From assembly GCA_963931515.1 (NCBI GenBank), contig OZ007022.1, forward strand, positions 882,122-946,121: a stretch of DNA of 64,000 nucleotides, given 5' to 3'. The position numbers were made by a program, and so were the translations under genes. This stretch comes from an uncultured Bacilli bacterium (lineage in GTDB: Bacteria; Bacillota_I; Bacilli_A; RF39; UBA660). The stretch's first letter is position 1. The number at the start of each line of letters is the position of its first letter. The notes under the pieces are model-generated. The model did no database searches and was not told where the DNA came from. It worked only from the letters and a program-made list of their open reading frames with translations. Shown one piece after another: positions 9,960 through 19,920 of this stretch.

Positions 9960-10109
9960 ATAACATCACCCTCTATCATTATTGCAATCAATATATCACG
10001 AATAGTTATATTTGTAAATAGTTTTAGCAAACGTTTGTTTACTGTTCAAAAATGCACTTTCCTTATATAATAAAAAACCCACACTTAAATGTATGAGTTT
10101 AAATTTCAA

Positions 10110-10183
10110 TGGAGCGGATGAGGAGAATCGAACTCCCGTAATCAGCTTGGAAGGCTGGGGTTCTACCATTGAACTACATCCGC
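10110..10183 (-). tRNA. tRNA-Gly (anticodon UCC)
   Basis: Reverse complement reads GCGGATGTAGTTCAATGGTAGAAC...CCTTCCAAGCTGA...GGGAGTTCGATTCTCC...CGCTCCA: cloverleaf with T-arm GTTCGATTC, anticodon loop CTTCCAA, encoded CCA. Confidence 0.85.
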
Positions 10184-10279
10184 AATTAGTAGACAATATA
10201 AATTATACTATATTTTGAATATTTGTCAATAGCACCCCAGCCGTTTTTTGAAAAAAATATAATACTGGAAATTGACAAT

Positions 10280-10618
10280 TCAGTTTTGATAAGTTTGAAA
10301 GTATATTAAGAGTAATATACCAGCAATTAAAAAACTACTTCCTAATAATTCTATTTCATATAATCTTTTTTCATGATAAGAAGCTTTTTCTAATGCTTTA
10401 TAATTTCTAATGAAGAAATAAATATAAATTAATAGAGTGACAATTAATGTGAGTTCAAAAATTTTATTTGATTTATCATGATATGTTTCTTGGTTTGTTG
10501 TTACATACTCCTCCTCTATTTTATCACCATATACATTTAAAAGAGAGATGATGGCAAAAATAATCCAAAGAAGTTCTTCAAATTTTAGTCTTTTAATTTC
10601 ATTTGTGGTATCATTCAT
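10280..10618 (-). CDS. Hypothetical small membrane protein (112 aa)
   Basis: Three predicted hydrophobic helices; no motif. Confidence 0.45.
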   Translation of the reverse strand: MNDTTNEIKRLKFEELLWIIFAIISLLNVYGDKIEEEYVTTNQETYHDKSNKIFELTLIVTLLIYIYFFIRNYKALEKASYHEKRLYEIELLGSSFLIAGILLLIYFQTYQN

Positions 10619-10718
10619 ATTATATTTTATTCTATTAAAAATAGTGTAATGATTTTATATTAAAATTAAAAAGTCCTTGATTTTTCATTTATATCAAAGA
10701 CTAACTATTAAATTATAT

Positions 10719-12050
10719 TTATTTTAACTTTTTTAATAACTTTTTACTATTTAACAAGATTCTATCTTTGGCTTCTGTTTCTCTAAAACGTGGTAATAGT
10801 TTAAAGTCATCTAATATTCTATATACTAACATTCTTTCATCTAGGTATTTAATGTTATTTAACTCTTTATAATATTTCTTTATGTATTCAAATAAATGTT
10901 TATAATCTTCTGGTTTTTGATATGGATCCATTTCGATATTAGCCCATTTCCACGGAGTTTCTGCACTCATATATAACAATCTCAAATCATAATCAAATGG
11001 CGCAATTATAGAATCGTTGAAGTCAATTAGTTTTATGTTTTTATTATTATCTATTAGGATATTATCGAAGTGCAAATCATTATGGATTAGGCAAAATTTA
11101 TTGTCAGATAATATTTCATCATATTTATCTAGTGATTTTAAAATTAAAGATTGCTCTTCTTTACTAAACATATCTAATGTTTGATTAAAACTGGATATAA
11201 TTTTATCTTTTATGTAGTCACTCCAATTATATTTTGGATATGTTTTATGATGTATTTTTTGAAGTACTTGTACTATTTTTTGAATTAACGTTTCTCTTTC
11301 TTGTTCATTCATTTTATACCAATGATAATAAACTGTTTTCCCATTTACTTTCTCCATTATTTCGTAGACATAAGGTATAACACTTTTAGATTTATCAAAT
11401 TTATATAATATAGGAATGTTTTCATTGTTTTGATTAGATTTATAAAAATTGGATTCGGTATTAAATTGCTTTTCTTTTGCTGTATTGGTACAAACTTTAA
11501 TAATAAATATATCATTTACGTTAAAGATACTATTATTAAATCCAGCGTTTACCTCTTCTAATTTTTTGATATCTCCAAATATATCTTGATTAGTTTTTGC
11601 TATTTTGCGAGCAAGTTCTAATCTTTTTTCGGTTAAATTTTCTTTTACTTCAAATATTTTAAATACTACTTTAGTGTTTTTATTAAAATTAGGGTTAATG
11701 GTTTCGAAATGCTTTATATGGGATTTTTTCCAAGTTTCAAAATTTTCTTTACCTTCAAGTTTAGAAAGATTTTCATCGATGTTTTTAAATTCTGTTATTA
11801 TTACTTTTTTAGTTTTGGTTGTGCAGGCGGTTTTGTCGTTATCGAAAACTAACATTTCTTCTTCATTATCATTTGGAACTTCTTTTTTATCATATAAATA
11901 AGTTGTAGCTGTTTTCATACCTTCTAACACCAATTTAATTTGGTTATCATTGTCATAAGCAAAACGCCATGTTTTTAAATTGTTATTCATGCTATCACCA
12001 CCAATTCTAATACTTTTTTTATTATTTATGCATTTATAGATTTCTAACAT
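10719..12050 (-). CDS. ASCH-domain / phosphotransferase (APH/choline-kinase-like) fusion protein
   Basis: N-terminal ASCH-like segment (LVLEGMKTATTYLYD) and C-terminal kinase motifs (LIHNDLHFDNILID, IDFNDS). Confidence 0.6.
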   Translation of the reverse strand: MLEIYKCINNKKSIRIGGDSMNNNLKTWRFAYDNDNQIKLVLEGMKTATTYLYDKKEVPNDNEEEMLVFDNDKTACTTKTKKVIITEFKNIDENLSKLEGKENFETWKKSHIKHFETINPNFNKNTKVVFKIFEVKENLTEKRLELARKIAKTNQDIFGDIKKLEEVNAGFNNSIFNVNDIFIIKVCTNTAKEKQFNTESNFYKSNQNNENIPILYKFDKSKSVIPYVYEIMEKVNGKTVYYHWYKMNEQERETLIQKIVQVLQKIHHKTYPKYNWSDYIKDKIISSFNQTLDMFSKEEQSLILKSLDKYDEILSDNKFCLIHNDLHFDNILIDNNKNIKLIDFNDSIIAPFDYDLRLLYMSAETPWKWANIEMDPYQKPEDYKHLFEYIKKYYKELNNIKYLDERMLVYRILDDFKLLPRFRETEAKDRILLNSKKLLKKLK

Positions 12051-12402
12051 TTTTTACAATTCCTTCATTTATCTGAATAGGTTAAAAAATTTCATTTGTA
12101 TAAAAATAAAATAGTTAAATTAGCTATCTTATAATACCTTTTTCTTTTGAAGAAGTTAAAATAACCTTCTTTTTATCTTTCCCATCACTAAATTTCCATT
12201 TCATTGGAATAACATCTTTAAGGGCTTCTTTAGTAGAAATGGTTGGCCTTGATTGTTTAAAAAAATCCTTTGGAAACTTATTATTTTTTTCCACTTACCA
12301 TCACTCCTATCTTAATAAAATTATACTAAAAAAGGTTAATAAATTCAATGAAAAAAATTTAAAAGTAGTATAACATAGTTAATATTTTATTGTCAATTTA
12401 AT

Positions 12403-12822
12403 CTAATTTGTTTGCAAATTATCATTAACAATTACAAGTTTATCTTCCTTTGAAAGAAAAACAATTATTTTTATTAATTCAGCTAATAAATCTTCTGAAA
12501 TTCTTCCAAAGACATAGTAGTCCAATTTGTTTTTATCAAAATAAAATAATTTATCAGCTTTAATGTAAGATGGTTTGGCAAATTTTCTTGTTTTACCATT
12601 TTTCTTAAATTCCACAACTTCTACATTTTCCATATATGATAGTTTTTTCTTTCTTTGCTTTTCACTTTTAAAACTTGAAATAACAGTTGTAACCATAGTA
12701 TAATCTAATCCACAAATACTATCAGGATTATCATCTATCACAACAAATGAATGCCGGCCAATTTCTTTTCTGTTTTCAGCGATATATTTGTTTACCACAA
12801 TGATATATCCTACTTTACACAT
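12403..12822 (-). CDS. Hypothetical protein (139 aa)
   Basis: Isolated ORF with strong RBS (AAGGAAGGAGAG); resemblance to the MazF/PemK fold is too weak to call. Confidence 0.45.
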   Translation of the reverse strand: MCKVGYIIVVNKYIAENRKEIGRHSFVVIDDNPDSICGLDYTMVTTVISSFKSEKQRKKKLSYMENVEVVEFKKNGKTRKFAKPSYIKADKLFYFDKNKLDYYVFGRISEDLLAELIKIIVFLSKEDKLVIVNDNLQTN

Positions 12823-12949
12823 AATATTACTCTCCTTCCTTTTTTGAGCATTACATTAATTTTTTCACCATCTTTCATATATTAATATACGACAAAAAGT
12901 TTTAGATTCCTTTTAAAAAAATAAAAAAAGTAGATTCATTTGAACCTAC

Positions 12950-14098
12950 TTATTTTGAAAATAATACTTTTTCTGATTTATATTGCTTAATGATGTATCC
13001 TAGTACTATTGCTATATAAATAAAGGTTGATATAATCATTAAGGCAATGTTTAGCCCATTGACATTACCAGCATTTATATCAGTAAAGATTAATGAGTAA
13101 TTTAAAAATGGTACTACTGATAACAATGGGGTTGTTGTAATGCTTATCATAAAGGCAATCATACCTGGGAATAATGATATGAATGTTAGTGGAGTTAAGG
13201 CACTTTGAGCTTCTTTAAATGTTTTACATGTACTGGCGATTGAAATACATAATCCACTAATAAAGAATGAATATACGATGATGATAATGAAGGCCATAAC
13301 AATACTAAGCGGTGTAAACATAATATCTAAGCCATCATATATCGAGAACATATTCTCGGCAATGACTAATGAAATGATAGCTAGAATAAAACTTATCACA
13401 CCAGTTATGATTGATGATAAGGTTACCCCTAAAAATTTTCCTAGAATAATGTCTTTACTTTTAATTGGGAAGGTTAATAATGTTTCTAATGTTCCTCTTT
13501 CTTTTTCACCAGCTGTTGTGTCGGTTGCTGGATAAGTCGCAGATACTGTTATAGCCATGATAACGAATAAAAAGGCATAATTTTTGATGAAGTCTGCAAA
13601 GTAATTATCTTGTTCTAAAGCTTTTTCTTCTACGGTTATGATGTTTAAGACACTATCCGCATCAACACCGTTTTGGGTTAGATAGTTTTGCTGCAAGTAA
13701 CTTTTATAGGCATTAAAATACTGTTCGGTTAAATTTTGGGCATATGCTGTGCTATCTGATGAATCAATATTTAAAGTATATTTATTTTCATCTTTGGTTA
13801 CATAAAGATTGATTTCACCATTTTCGTATTTTTCTTTTAGTTCATCTTCTTTACCCTCAACTACTTTGATATCCATTTCTTTGGCAATATTTTTTTCTGC
13901 TTCTGATAAATTATAAGCAAAACCAATAGTGTTATATTCATTAATATCTTTTTCGGTTTGTGATTCAAATAGTGCTGACATACCAAGCATAATTAATGGT
14001 ATAAATATTGGAATGATAAGCATCATGGATAGTGATTTTTTATCTCTAAATAGTTCTCTAAGTTCTTTTTTTAGAATATTCCATAGATTACTCTTCAT
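12950..14098 (-). CDS. ABC-2 type transporter permease
   Basis: Six TM helices after a large extracytoplasmic loop; overlaps the upstream ATPase gene by 11 nt. Confidence 0.7.
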   Translation of the reverse strand: MKSNLWNILKKELRELFRDKKSLSMMLIIPIFIPLIMLGMSALFESQTEKDINEYNTIGFAYNLSEAEKNIAKEMDIKVVEGKEDELKEKYENGEINLYVTKDENKYTLNIDSSDSTAYAQNLTEQYFNAYKSYLQQNYLTQNGVDADSVLNIITVEEKALEQDNYFADFIKNYAFLFVIMAITVSATYPATDTTAGEKERGTLETLLTFPIKSKDIILGKFLGVTLSSIITGVISFILAIISLVIAENMFSIYDGLDIMFTPLSIVMAFIIIIVYSFFISGLCISIASTCKTFKEAQSALTPLTFISLFPGMIAFMISITTTPLLSVVPFLNYSLIFTDINAGNVNGLNIALMIISTFIYIAIVLGYIIKQYKSEKVLFSK

Positions 14099-14864
14099 TT
14101 GTTACACCTCCAATCATAGCAAAAAAGGCATCTCTTAAGTTAGTTGTATTGGTATCTTCTTTTATTTTTGAAGGTGTACCTGAGTTTATGACAACACCTT
14201 TATTAATCATGATTACTCTATCACAGATGTTTTCAGCTTCTTCCATGTAATGGGTTGAATAAAGGATGGTCTTCCCTCTTTCTTTTTCTCTTTTTATAAA
14301 ATCTAAGATTATTTGGCTAGAGATAATATCTAATCCAGTTGTAGCTTCATCTAAAATATAATATTTAGGATCATGAACTAGGCATCTCGCAATATTTACC
14401 CTTTGGGTTTGGCCAGTTGAAAGACTGCCTATTTTACTATTTAAGAAGTTTTGCATATCTAAAATATCTGTTATTTCTTTAATTCTCTCTTCGGCTTTTT
14501 TATCATCTATTCCGTAAATTTCCGCACACATTTTAAGTAATTCATAGGTTGTTAAAGTGTCATATAGTTTGGTATTACCTGAAAGATAGGCGATATTCTC
14601 CTTAATTTCTATTTCATTATTTTTATAATTTAGTCCATCAAATTCAATGGTTCCTTCGGTTGGTTCTAATATACCAGCAATCATTCTAAGTAAGGTTGTT
14701 TTTCCAGCACCATTAGGACCCAATATACCGATAATTTCACCATCGTTTGCTTCAAAGGAAATTCCATTGTCGGCATAAAATACTTCTTTTTCTCGTTTGT
14801 TTTTTTGTTTAATAAACCGCTTTTTTAAATCATTTGCTTTTATCATAAATACCTCCAAAAGCAT
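14088..14864 (-). CDS. ABC transporter ATP-binding protein
   Basis: Walker A GPNGAGKTT, signature LSTGQTQR, Walker B ILDEATTGLD. Confidence 0.85.
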   Translation of the reverse strand: MLLEVFMIKANDLKKRFIKQKNKREKEVFYADNGISFEANDGEIIGILGPNGAGKTTLLRMIAGILEPTEGTIEFDGLNYKNNEIEIKENIAYLSGNTKLYDTLTTYELLKMCAEIYGIDDKKAEERIKEITDILDMQNFLNSKIGSLSTGQTQRVNIARCLVHDPKYYILDEATTGLDIISSQIILDFIKREKERGKTILYSTHYMEEAENICDRVIMINKGVVINSGTPSKIKEDTNTTNLRDAFFAMIGGVTNEE

Positions 14865-14951
14865 TTTATCATATATAACTATGTGTTTACTAGTAGATGT
14901 GAAAATTTTGTGGAAATTTTTATATTTTTTGGAATATAATTAAATGGTGAT

Positions 14952-15878
14952 TTGATGAATATAATTGATAAGAAGTTTAAAGAGCTTACAGATGATATAA
15001 AGGATAAGGAAGAATTAGAAATCTTTTATCACATTAAAGAGCGTTTTTTACTTGTAAATGAAAAGACAAGAAAGTCTTGTGAAGATTTTTTTAACAAGTT
15101 TTTATATTGGGGTAAATTAGATTTTAAGAATAAGGATTTTGAATTTTTTGAATTAAAAGCCAAGACACTTAAAAACCATATTGATGATTTTATATGGCTT
15201 TACGATAATTTATGTGATTATCAATCTAAGAAGGTGTTGCTGGGGACTTTAGATAATTGGTATAACTGGAATTTTACGGATTTAGCTTCGGTTATGCAAA
15301 ATCTATATGATGATTATTTTGATTTGGATTTAATTCCAAAGTGCGAGATGGAAGTGTTTGTAGATTTGGGAGCTTATATTGGTGATAGTACTTTATCTTT
15401 TATAAAAAATTATGGAGCTGATAGTTATAATAAGATATACTGCTATGAAATAAGTAAAGATAATTTTGAATATTTAAAGACTAACCTGAAACCTTATGAA
15501 GATATAGATTTAAGATTAAAAGGCGCTGGTGCAGAAAACGGGACAATGTATTTAAAGGAAAATGGCGAGTTATCTTCTACACAGGTTAGTGATAATGGTG
15601 ATATTCCTATTCAGATGGTTACGTTAGATGATGATATAAAAGAAGAGATTACAATTATTAAAAGTGACATTGAGGGCTCTGAGCGAATGGCTTTGATGGG
15701 GGCTAAAGGTCATATTATGAATGAGCACCCTAAACTTTTATTTTCTATTTATCACAGTAATGATGATGTATGGCAGATTCCTAGGATGATTAAAGAAATG
15801 GATGAAAGTTATAGATTTTATTTAAGGTATCATGGCGGAATGATTTATCCAACGGAAATTACTTTAATTGCACTTTAA
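14952..15878 (+). CDS. FkbM-family methyltransferase
   Basis: VDLGAYIGDSTLSF and downstream SAM-binding segments typical of FkbM-domain proteins. Confidence 0.65.
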   Translation: MMNIIDKKFKELTDDIKDKEELEIFYHIKERFLLVNEKTRKSCEDFFNKFLYWGKLDFKNKDFEFFELKAKTLKNHIDDFIWLYDNLCDYQSKKVLLGTLDNWYNWNFTDLASVMQNLYDDYFDLDLIPKCEMEVFVDLGAYIGDSTLSFIKNYGADSYNKIYCYEISKDNFEYLKTNLKPYEDIDLRLKGAGAENGTMYLKENGELSSTQVSDNGDIPIQMVTLDDDIKEEITIIKSDIEGSERMALMGAKGHIMNEHPKLLFSIYHSNDDVWQIPRMIKEMDESYRFYLRYHGGMIYPTEITLIAL

Positions 15879-15880
15879 AA

Positions 15881-15910
15881 AGTTTACGATGATTTTTCGT
15901 AAACTTTTTT
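15881..15910. terminator. Hairpin terminator between convergent genes
   Basis: agtttacg / cgtaaact stem followed by a T-run. Confidence 0.55.
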
Positions 15911-18377
15911 ATTCAACTGATTTTAATGATTCGATCATATCAACTTTTCTTAATTTAAAGTAAGTTACCACTTGCATGATAAGGGCGAAAACTAAAGTTA
16001 AAACACTCGCATAGACAAAGCTTAAAACTTTGACCGTTTTTAAGAACATGATGTCATCGCATTCGATGAATCCAATAATTACTCGGTGAAGTGGTACTGA
16101 TATTATTAGACCGATAATAATACCAATAATAACGACAACTAATGTTTCTCTATAGATATATTCATTAGATTCTCTACCATTAAACCCTAAGACTTTTAAA
16201 GTGGCTATTTCTCTTTGTCTTTCACTAATATTGATAGAAGTTAAATTATATAAAACGGTTAAAGCTAATAGAGATGATACAACGACAATTAATATGACAA
16301 TGTTATTTAAACCTTTAATTTCATTATTGGCGCTTTCTTTCAAATCATCTGAAAAGTTGACAGTCATGACACTACCTGTATTTAAAATATCTTTAGCTTT
16401 AGTGCCTTTTTTATTTTGAGATGCGACCATATTATAAGTTATATCTTCATTAAATATTTTATTATATAAGTCTTTAGAAATATATATATAATTACTTATA
16501 TAGTTTTCGGCGATGCCAGTTATTTTAATTTTTCTTTCTTCAGCATCTTCATTTTGAATAATTATGTTGTCCCCTACTTCGAGATTTAGTTTATCGGCTA
16601 TTTTAGGTGTAATGATAACACCATCATTATTTAAAGTTAAATGATCACCTGTTTTATTATCTAGTAAGTTAAAATAGTCTTCAAAAGTTTCTCCATTATT
16701 TTCAGGGATAACGACATATACTGATAATGATTCATCATCACCATATTTTAAGTCATATGAATACTGATTAAATAATAATGGATTTTTAATTTTATCATTA
16801 ATATCTGTTAGGTCTTGAGATGTTTGGACATTATTATTTAAAACTATCATATTATCATATGTAAATAGTTCTCCATATTGTTTATCACCAACTCCGTTGA
16901 TACTATCTTTAAGAGCAAAGCCAATGAAGATTAAGAAAGTACAGCCAGCTGAACCAATCAGAGTCATAAAAACTCTTTTTTTATAACGGAAGATATTTCT
17001 CGTGGTGATTTTTGAAGAAAATGATAGTTTAGACCAGAAGAATTTTATTTTTTCTAAAAATATAGTTTTACCACTTTTAGGACTTTCTGGTCTTAATAAG
17101 TTAGCTGGTTTTTCTTTTAAAGATTTACGGCAATTCCAAACAGTAACAATAGTCATAAGAGTAATAGCGACAAGTAAACAGCCGGTAAATAAATTTATAT
17201 CAAAATAATATTCTAAATCCGGGATGTGGAACTGAAAGATATTATAGACAAGCGGTGGGATAAATATAGTTCCTATTAAATAGCCAATAATTGCTCCAAT
17301 GATTGTTCCTGATAAAACGTATCCTAAATAGTTTAAGGTGATTCTGGTGTTGGATATTCCTAATGATGAAAATGTACCCATTTCAGTTCGCTCTTCGGTA
17401 ATCATTCTAGTCATAGTGTTTGAGGTCATAAGGAAAACAATTGAAACAAATATTAATGGGATTATAGTAGCGATGGTTGTTACTTGGAAGTACTGATTTT
17501 CTAATGTGTTATAGCCGGTTACTTCCGCATTTCTGCCGGTGATATACCAGCTTGAATCTAAGTCTATTACCCCTGCATTTGTATTTCCTGTTAGCATGGC
17601 TGATTTAATTAAAGCATCTTTTACTTCGGTTAATCTAGCTTCTTCTCTTTCACTTTGAATGCTTTCTACTTCGTTTGTTAATTCATCTAAGAAATCATCA
17701 TAGGCTTTAGAATACGGGATGTCATCTTCTGTTTTTTTACCGGTTATATATATTTCGGTATAGGTATCTAAATTGAATGCAGTTTTAGGAACATAAATAT
17801 ATGAGTGAAGTTTTCCGTTTCCGATATTGGTATATCCATAGTTAGTACCGGTATATAACGGTGAAATGATTGTTCCGACAACTTTAAATTCCTTGGTTTT
17901 AAGGGTGCTTTCATCTGAGGTTATTTTGATGGTGTCACCAACTTTATAAAATGCACTATCAGCTAAACATTCATTATCGTTTTTAGGTTTTCTACCACTA
18001 ATTAATTCATATTGATTTATGTTTTCGGTTATGGCATGAACTTTGATGGCTTCTTCGCCATTTAAGACATAAGCTGAATAAGATGGAATGGCATCTGAAA
18101 CAGTATCTAGTTTTTTTAAAGCATTTACGTCTTCATCAGTAAGTCCTAGAGTACTTCTTACTGTTAAATCCATTAAATTGGTGTTTTCGTAGTAATCGTT
18201 TTGGATTCTTTTGATGCTTGGAACTGAGCTTTGGATTCCAGCATAAAAACCAATACCAATTAAAACGATTATTAATAAGGAAAAGTATCTTCCAAATGAA
18301 TGTTTTAATTTTCTAATGGTATTTTTTAATAGCATATTATCACCACACAATCTCTTTTGGATCTTTTGGATTTTCAT
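15909..18377 (-). CDS. ABC transporter permease, FtsX/MacB-like (822 aa, two FtsX domains)
   Basis: Large extracytoplasmic domains separating two 4-TM FtsX-type bundles. Confidence 0.75.
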   Translation of the reverse strand: MKIQKIQKRLCGDNMLLKNTIRKLKHSFGRYFSLLIIVLIGIGFYAGIQSSVPSIKRIQNDYYENTNLMDLTVRSTLGLTDEDVNALKKLDTVSDAIPSYSAYVLNGEEAIKVHAITENINQYELISGRKPKNDNECLADSAFYKVGDTIKITSDESTLKTKEFKVVGTIISPLYTGTNYGYTNIGNGKLHSYIYVPKTAFNLDTYTEIYITGKKTEDDIPYSKAYDDFLDELTNEVESIQSEREEARLTEVKDALIKSAMLTGNTNAGVIDLDSSWYITGRNAEVTGYNTLENQYFQVTTIATIIPLIFVSIVFLMTSNTMTRMITEERTEMGTFSSLGISNTRITLNYLGYVLSGTIIGAIIGYLIGTIFIPPLVYNIFQFHIPDLEYYFDINLFTGCLLVAITLMTIVTVWNCRKSLKEKPANLLRPESPKSGKTIFLEKIKFFWSKLSFSSKITTRNIFRYKKRVFMTLIGSAGCTFLIFIGFALKDSINGVGDKQYGELFTYDNMIVLNNNVQTSQDLTDINDKIKNPLLFNQYSYDLKYGDDESLSVYVVIPENNGETFEDYFNLLDNKTGDHLTLNNDGVIITPKIADKLNLEVGDNIIIQNEDAEERKIKITGIAENYISNYIYISKDLYNKIFNEDITYNMVASQNKKGTKAKDILNTGSVMTVNFSDDLKESANNEIKGLNNIVILIVVVSSLLALTVLYNLTSINISERQREIATLKVLGFNGRESNEYIYRETLVVVIIGIIIGLIISVPLHRVIIGFIECDDIMFLKTVKVLSFVYASVLTLVFALIMQVVTYFKLRKVDMIESLKSVE

Positions 18378-19038
18378 TTATTTTTATATCGGTGACAGTA
18401 CCATTTTTAACGGTTATTACTTTATGAGCTACTTCGGCAACCAACGAATTATGAGTGATTACAATAGTTGTGATATGGTATTTATCACAAACTGTTTTTA
18501 AAAGTTCTAAAATTTTACTTCCTGTATCACTATCTAAGGCTCCGGTTGGCTCATCACATAGTAAGATTTTAGGGTTTTTAGCTATAGCTCTAGCGATAGC
18601 GACACGTTGTTGCTCACCACCTGATAATTGTGATGGAAAGTTATTTAATCTATGTCCTAGACCAACTTGCTTTAATATTTCTTTTGGCTTAAAAGCTTTT
18701 TTAGATAATTGACAAGCTAGTTCAACGTTTTCTAAGGTAGTTAGGTTTTGAATTAAATTATAAAATTGAAAGACAAATCCAATATCATATCTTCTATATA
18801 GTAATAAATCTTTGGCTTTAAATTTAGCAATGTTTTTACCATCAACTAAAATATTTCCTGATGTTGGGTTATCCATACCACCTAACATATTTAAAATGGT
18901 TGTTTTTCCAGCACCACTAGGACCTAGTACAACAACAAATTCACCTTCTTCGATTTCAAATGAGCAATCATCAACGGCTTTAACTGGTGTAGAACCTTTA
19001 TAAATTTTTCCAACTTTATCAAATTTTATATATGCCAT
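18340..19038 (-). CDS. ABC transporter ATP-binding protein (MacB/LolD-type)
   Basis: Walker A GPSGAGKTT, signature LSGGEQQRVAIARA, Walker B LLCDEPTGALD; RBS GGAGGG. Confidence 0.85.
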   Translation of the reverse strand: MAYIKFDKVGKIYKGSTPVKAVDDCSFEIEEGEFVVVLGPSGAGKTTILNMLGGMDNPTSGNILVDGKNIAKFKAKDLLLYRRYDIGFVFQFYNLIQNLTTLENVELACQLSKKAFKPKEILKQVGLGHRLNNFPSQLSGGEQQRVAIARAIAKNPKILLCDEPTGALDSDTGSKILELLKTVCDKYHITTIVITHNSLVAEVAHKVITVKNGTVTDIKINENPKDPKEIVW

Positions 19039-19100
19039 AATATCCCTCCATTATCTATAATTATTATAACTAAGTTTGGGCTTTTTTACAAATATAATAC

Positions 19101-19127
19101 AAAAAAGAACTATTTTTATTATAGTTC
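19101..19127 (-). terminator. Rho-independent terminator of exoA
   Basis: gaactat / atagttc hairpin overlapping the stop codon, followed on the minus strand by T6. Confidence 0.55.
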
Positions 19128-19874
19128 TATATCAATTCCAATTGGACAGTGGTCACTACCATAAATATCACGGTAGATTTTAACATCTTTAACGTTATTT
19201 ATAAATCTATTAGAAACTAAAAAATAGTCAATACGCCATCCGATATTTCTATCTCTAACTCCTGGCATATAACTCCACCAAGTATAGGCACCAGTTAAAT
19301 CAGGGTTAAAGTGTCTAAAGGTGTCAGTGAAGCCACTATTTAAAAGTTCAGTAAATTTATTTCTTTCTTCATAAGTAAAGCCAGCATTTCCAATATTAGC
19401 TTTAGCATTACAAATGTCGATTTCTTCGTGGGCGACATTGAAATCACCACATATTATTACAGGTTTCTTTTCATCTAATTCTTTTAAATATTTTCTAAAG
19501 ACATCTTCAAAGTGCATTCTTGAATCCATTCTGGATAAATCTCTTTTGACATTTGGAACATAAACATTTACTAAGTAAAAATCTTCAAATTCTAAAGTGA
19601 TTGTCCTACCCTCTTTGTCGTATTCTTCTTCGATATCTCCGTATGTTACATTCAAAGGTTTTACTTTAGAATAAATTAAAGTTCCTGAATATCCTTTACG
19701 AACAGCTGGAAATAAATACATATCATAACCCTCTGGTCTAAAATCAAATTGATCTTCCATAGCTTTAGATTCTTGAATACAAAATATATCGGCATTTACA
19801 TCATTAAAGAAATCAACTAAACCTTTTTTCAAACAAGCACGAATGCCTGCGACATTCCATGAAACTAATTTCAT
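19119..19874 (-). CDS. exoA: Exodeoxyribonuclease III (AP endonuclease)
   Basis: MKLVSWNVAGIRA start, ICGDFNVAHEEID and C-terminal SDHCPIGIDI typical of the Xth/ExoA family. Confidence 0.85.
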   Translation of the reverse strand: MKLVSWNVAGIRACLKKGLVDFFNDVNADIFCIQESKAMEDQFDFRPEGYDMYLFPAVRKGYSGTLIYSKVKPLNVTYGDIEEEYDKEGRTITLEFEDFYLVNVYVPNVKRDLSRMDSRMHFEDVFRKYLKELDEKKPVIICGDFNVAHEEIDICNAKANIGNAGFTYEERNKFTELLNSGFTDTFRHFNPDLTGAYTWWSYMPGVRDRNIGWRIDYFLVSNRFINNVKDVKIYRDIYGSDHCPIGIDIEL

Positions 19875-19920
19875 AATTAATCACCTATATTATTATACCA
19901 AAAAAAGCGATTTCTCGCTT

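Larger units (their letters stand above)
8686..10075 (-). mobile_element. IS200/IS605-family tnpB-only element (IS1341-type); boundaries approximate
   Basis: tnpB flanked by a structured right-end block (8700-8812) and a left-end block (9960-10072); both blocks recur at a second locus (27836-28110 and 29705-29730). Confidence 0.6.

Noticed and set aside
9996-10196. Track ORF overlapping the tRNA-Gly gene
   Set aside because: The region folds into a canonical tRNA; the ORF is an artefact of an open frame across it. The same applies to 52776-52973 over tRNA-Leu.
12124-12294. Possible 56-codon GTG-initiated small ORF with RBS AGGAG on the minus strand
   Set aside because: Non-ATG start, no recognisable motif, and AT-rich intergenic sequence generates such frames easily; unsupported without conservation or expression data.
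12403-12822. MazF/PemK-type toxin call for the 139-aa protein
   Set aside because: Only a loose resemblance (hydrophobic beta-strand pattern, TMVTTVISS); no antitoxin-sized partner upstream (the 127-bp gap holds only a 22-codon frame overlapping the start). Left as hypothetical.
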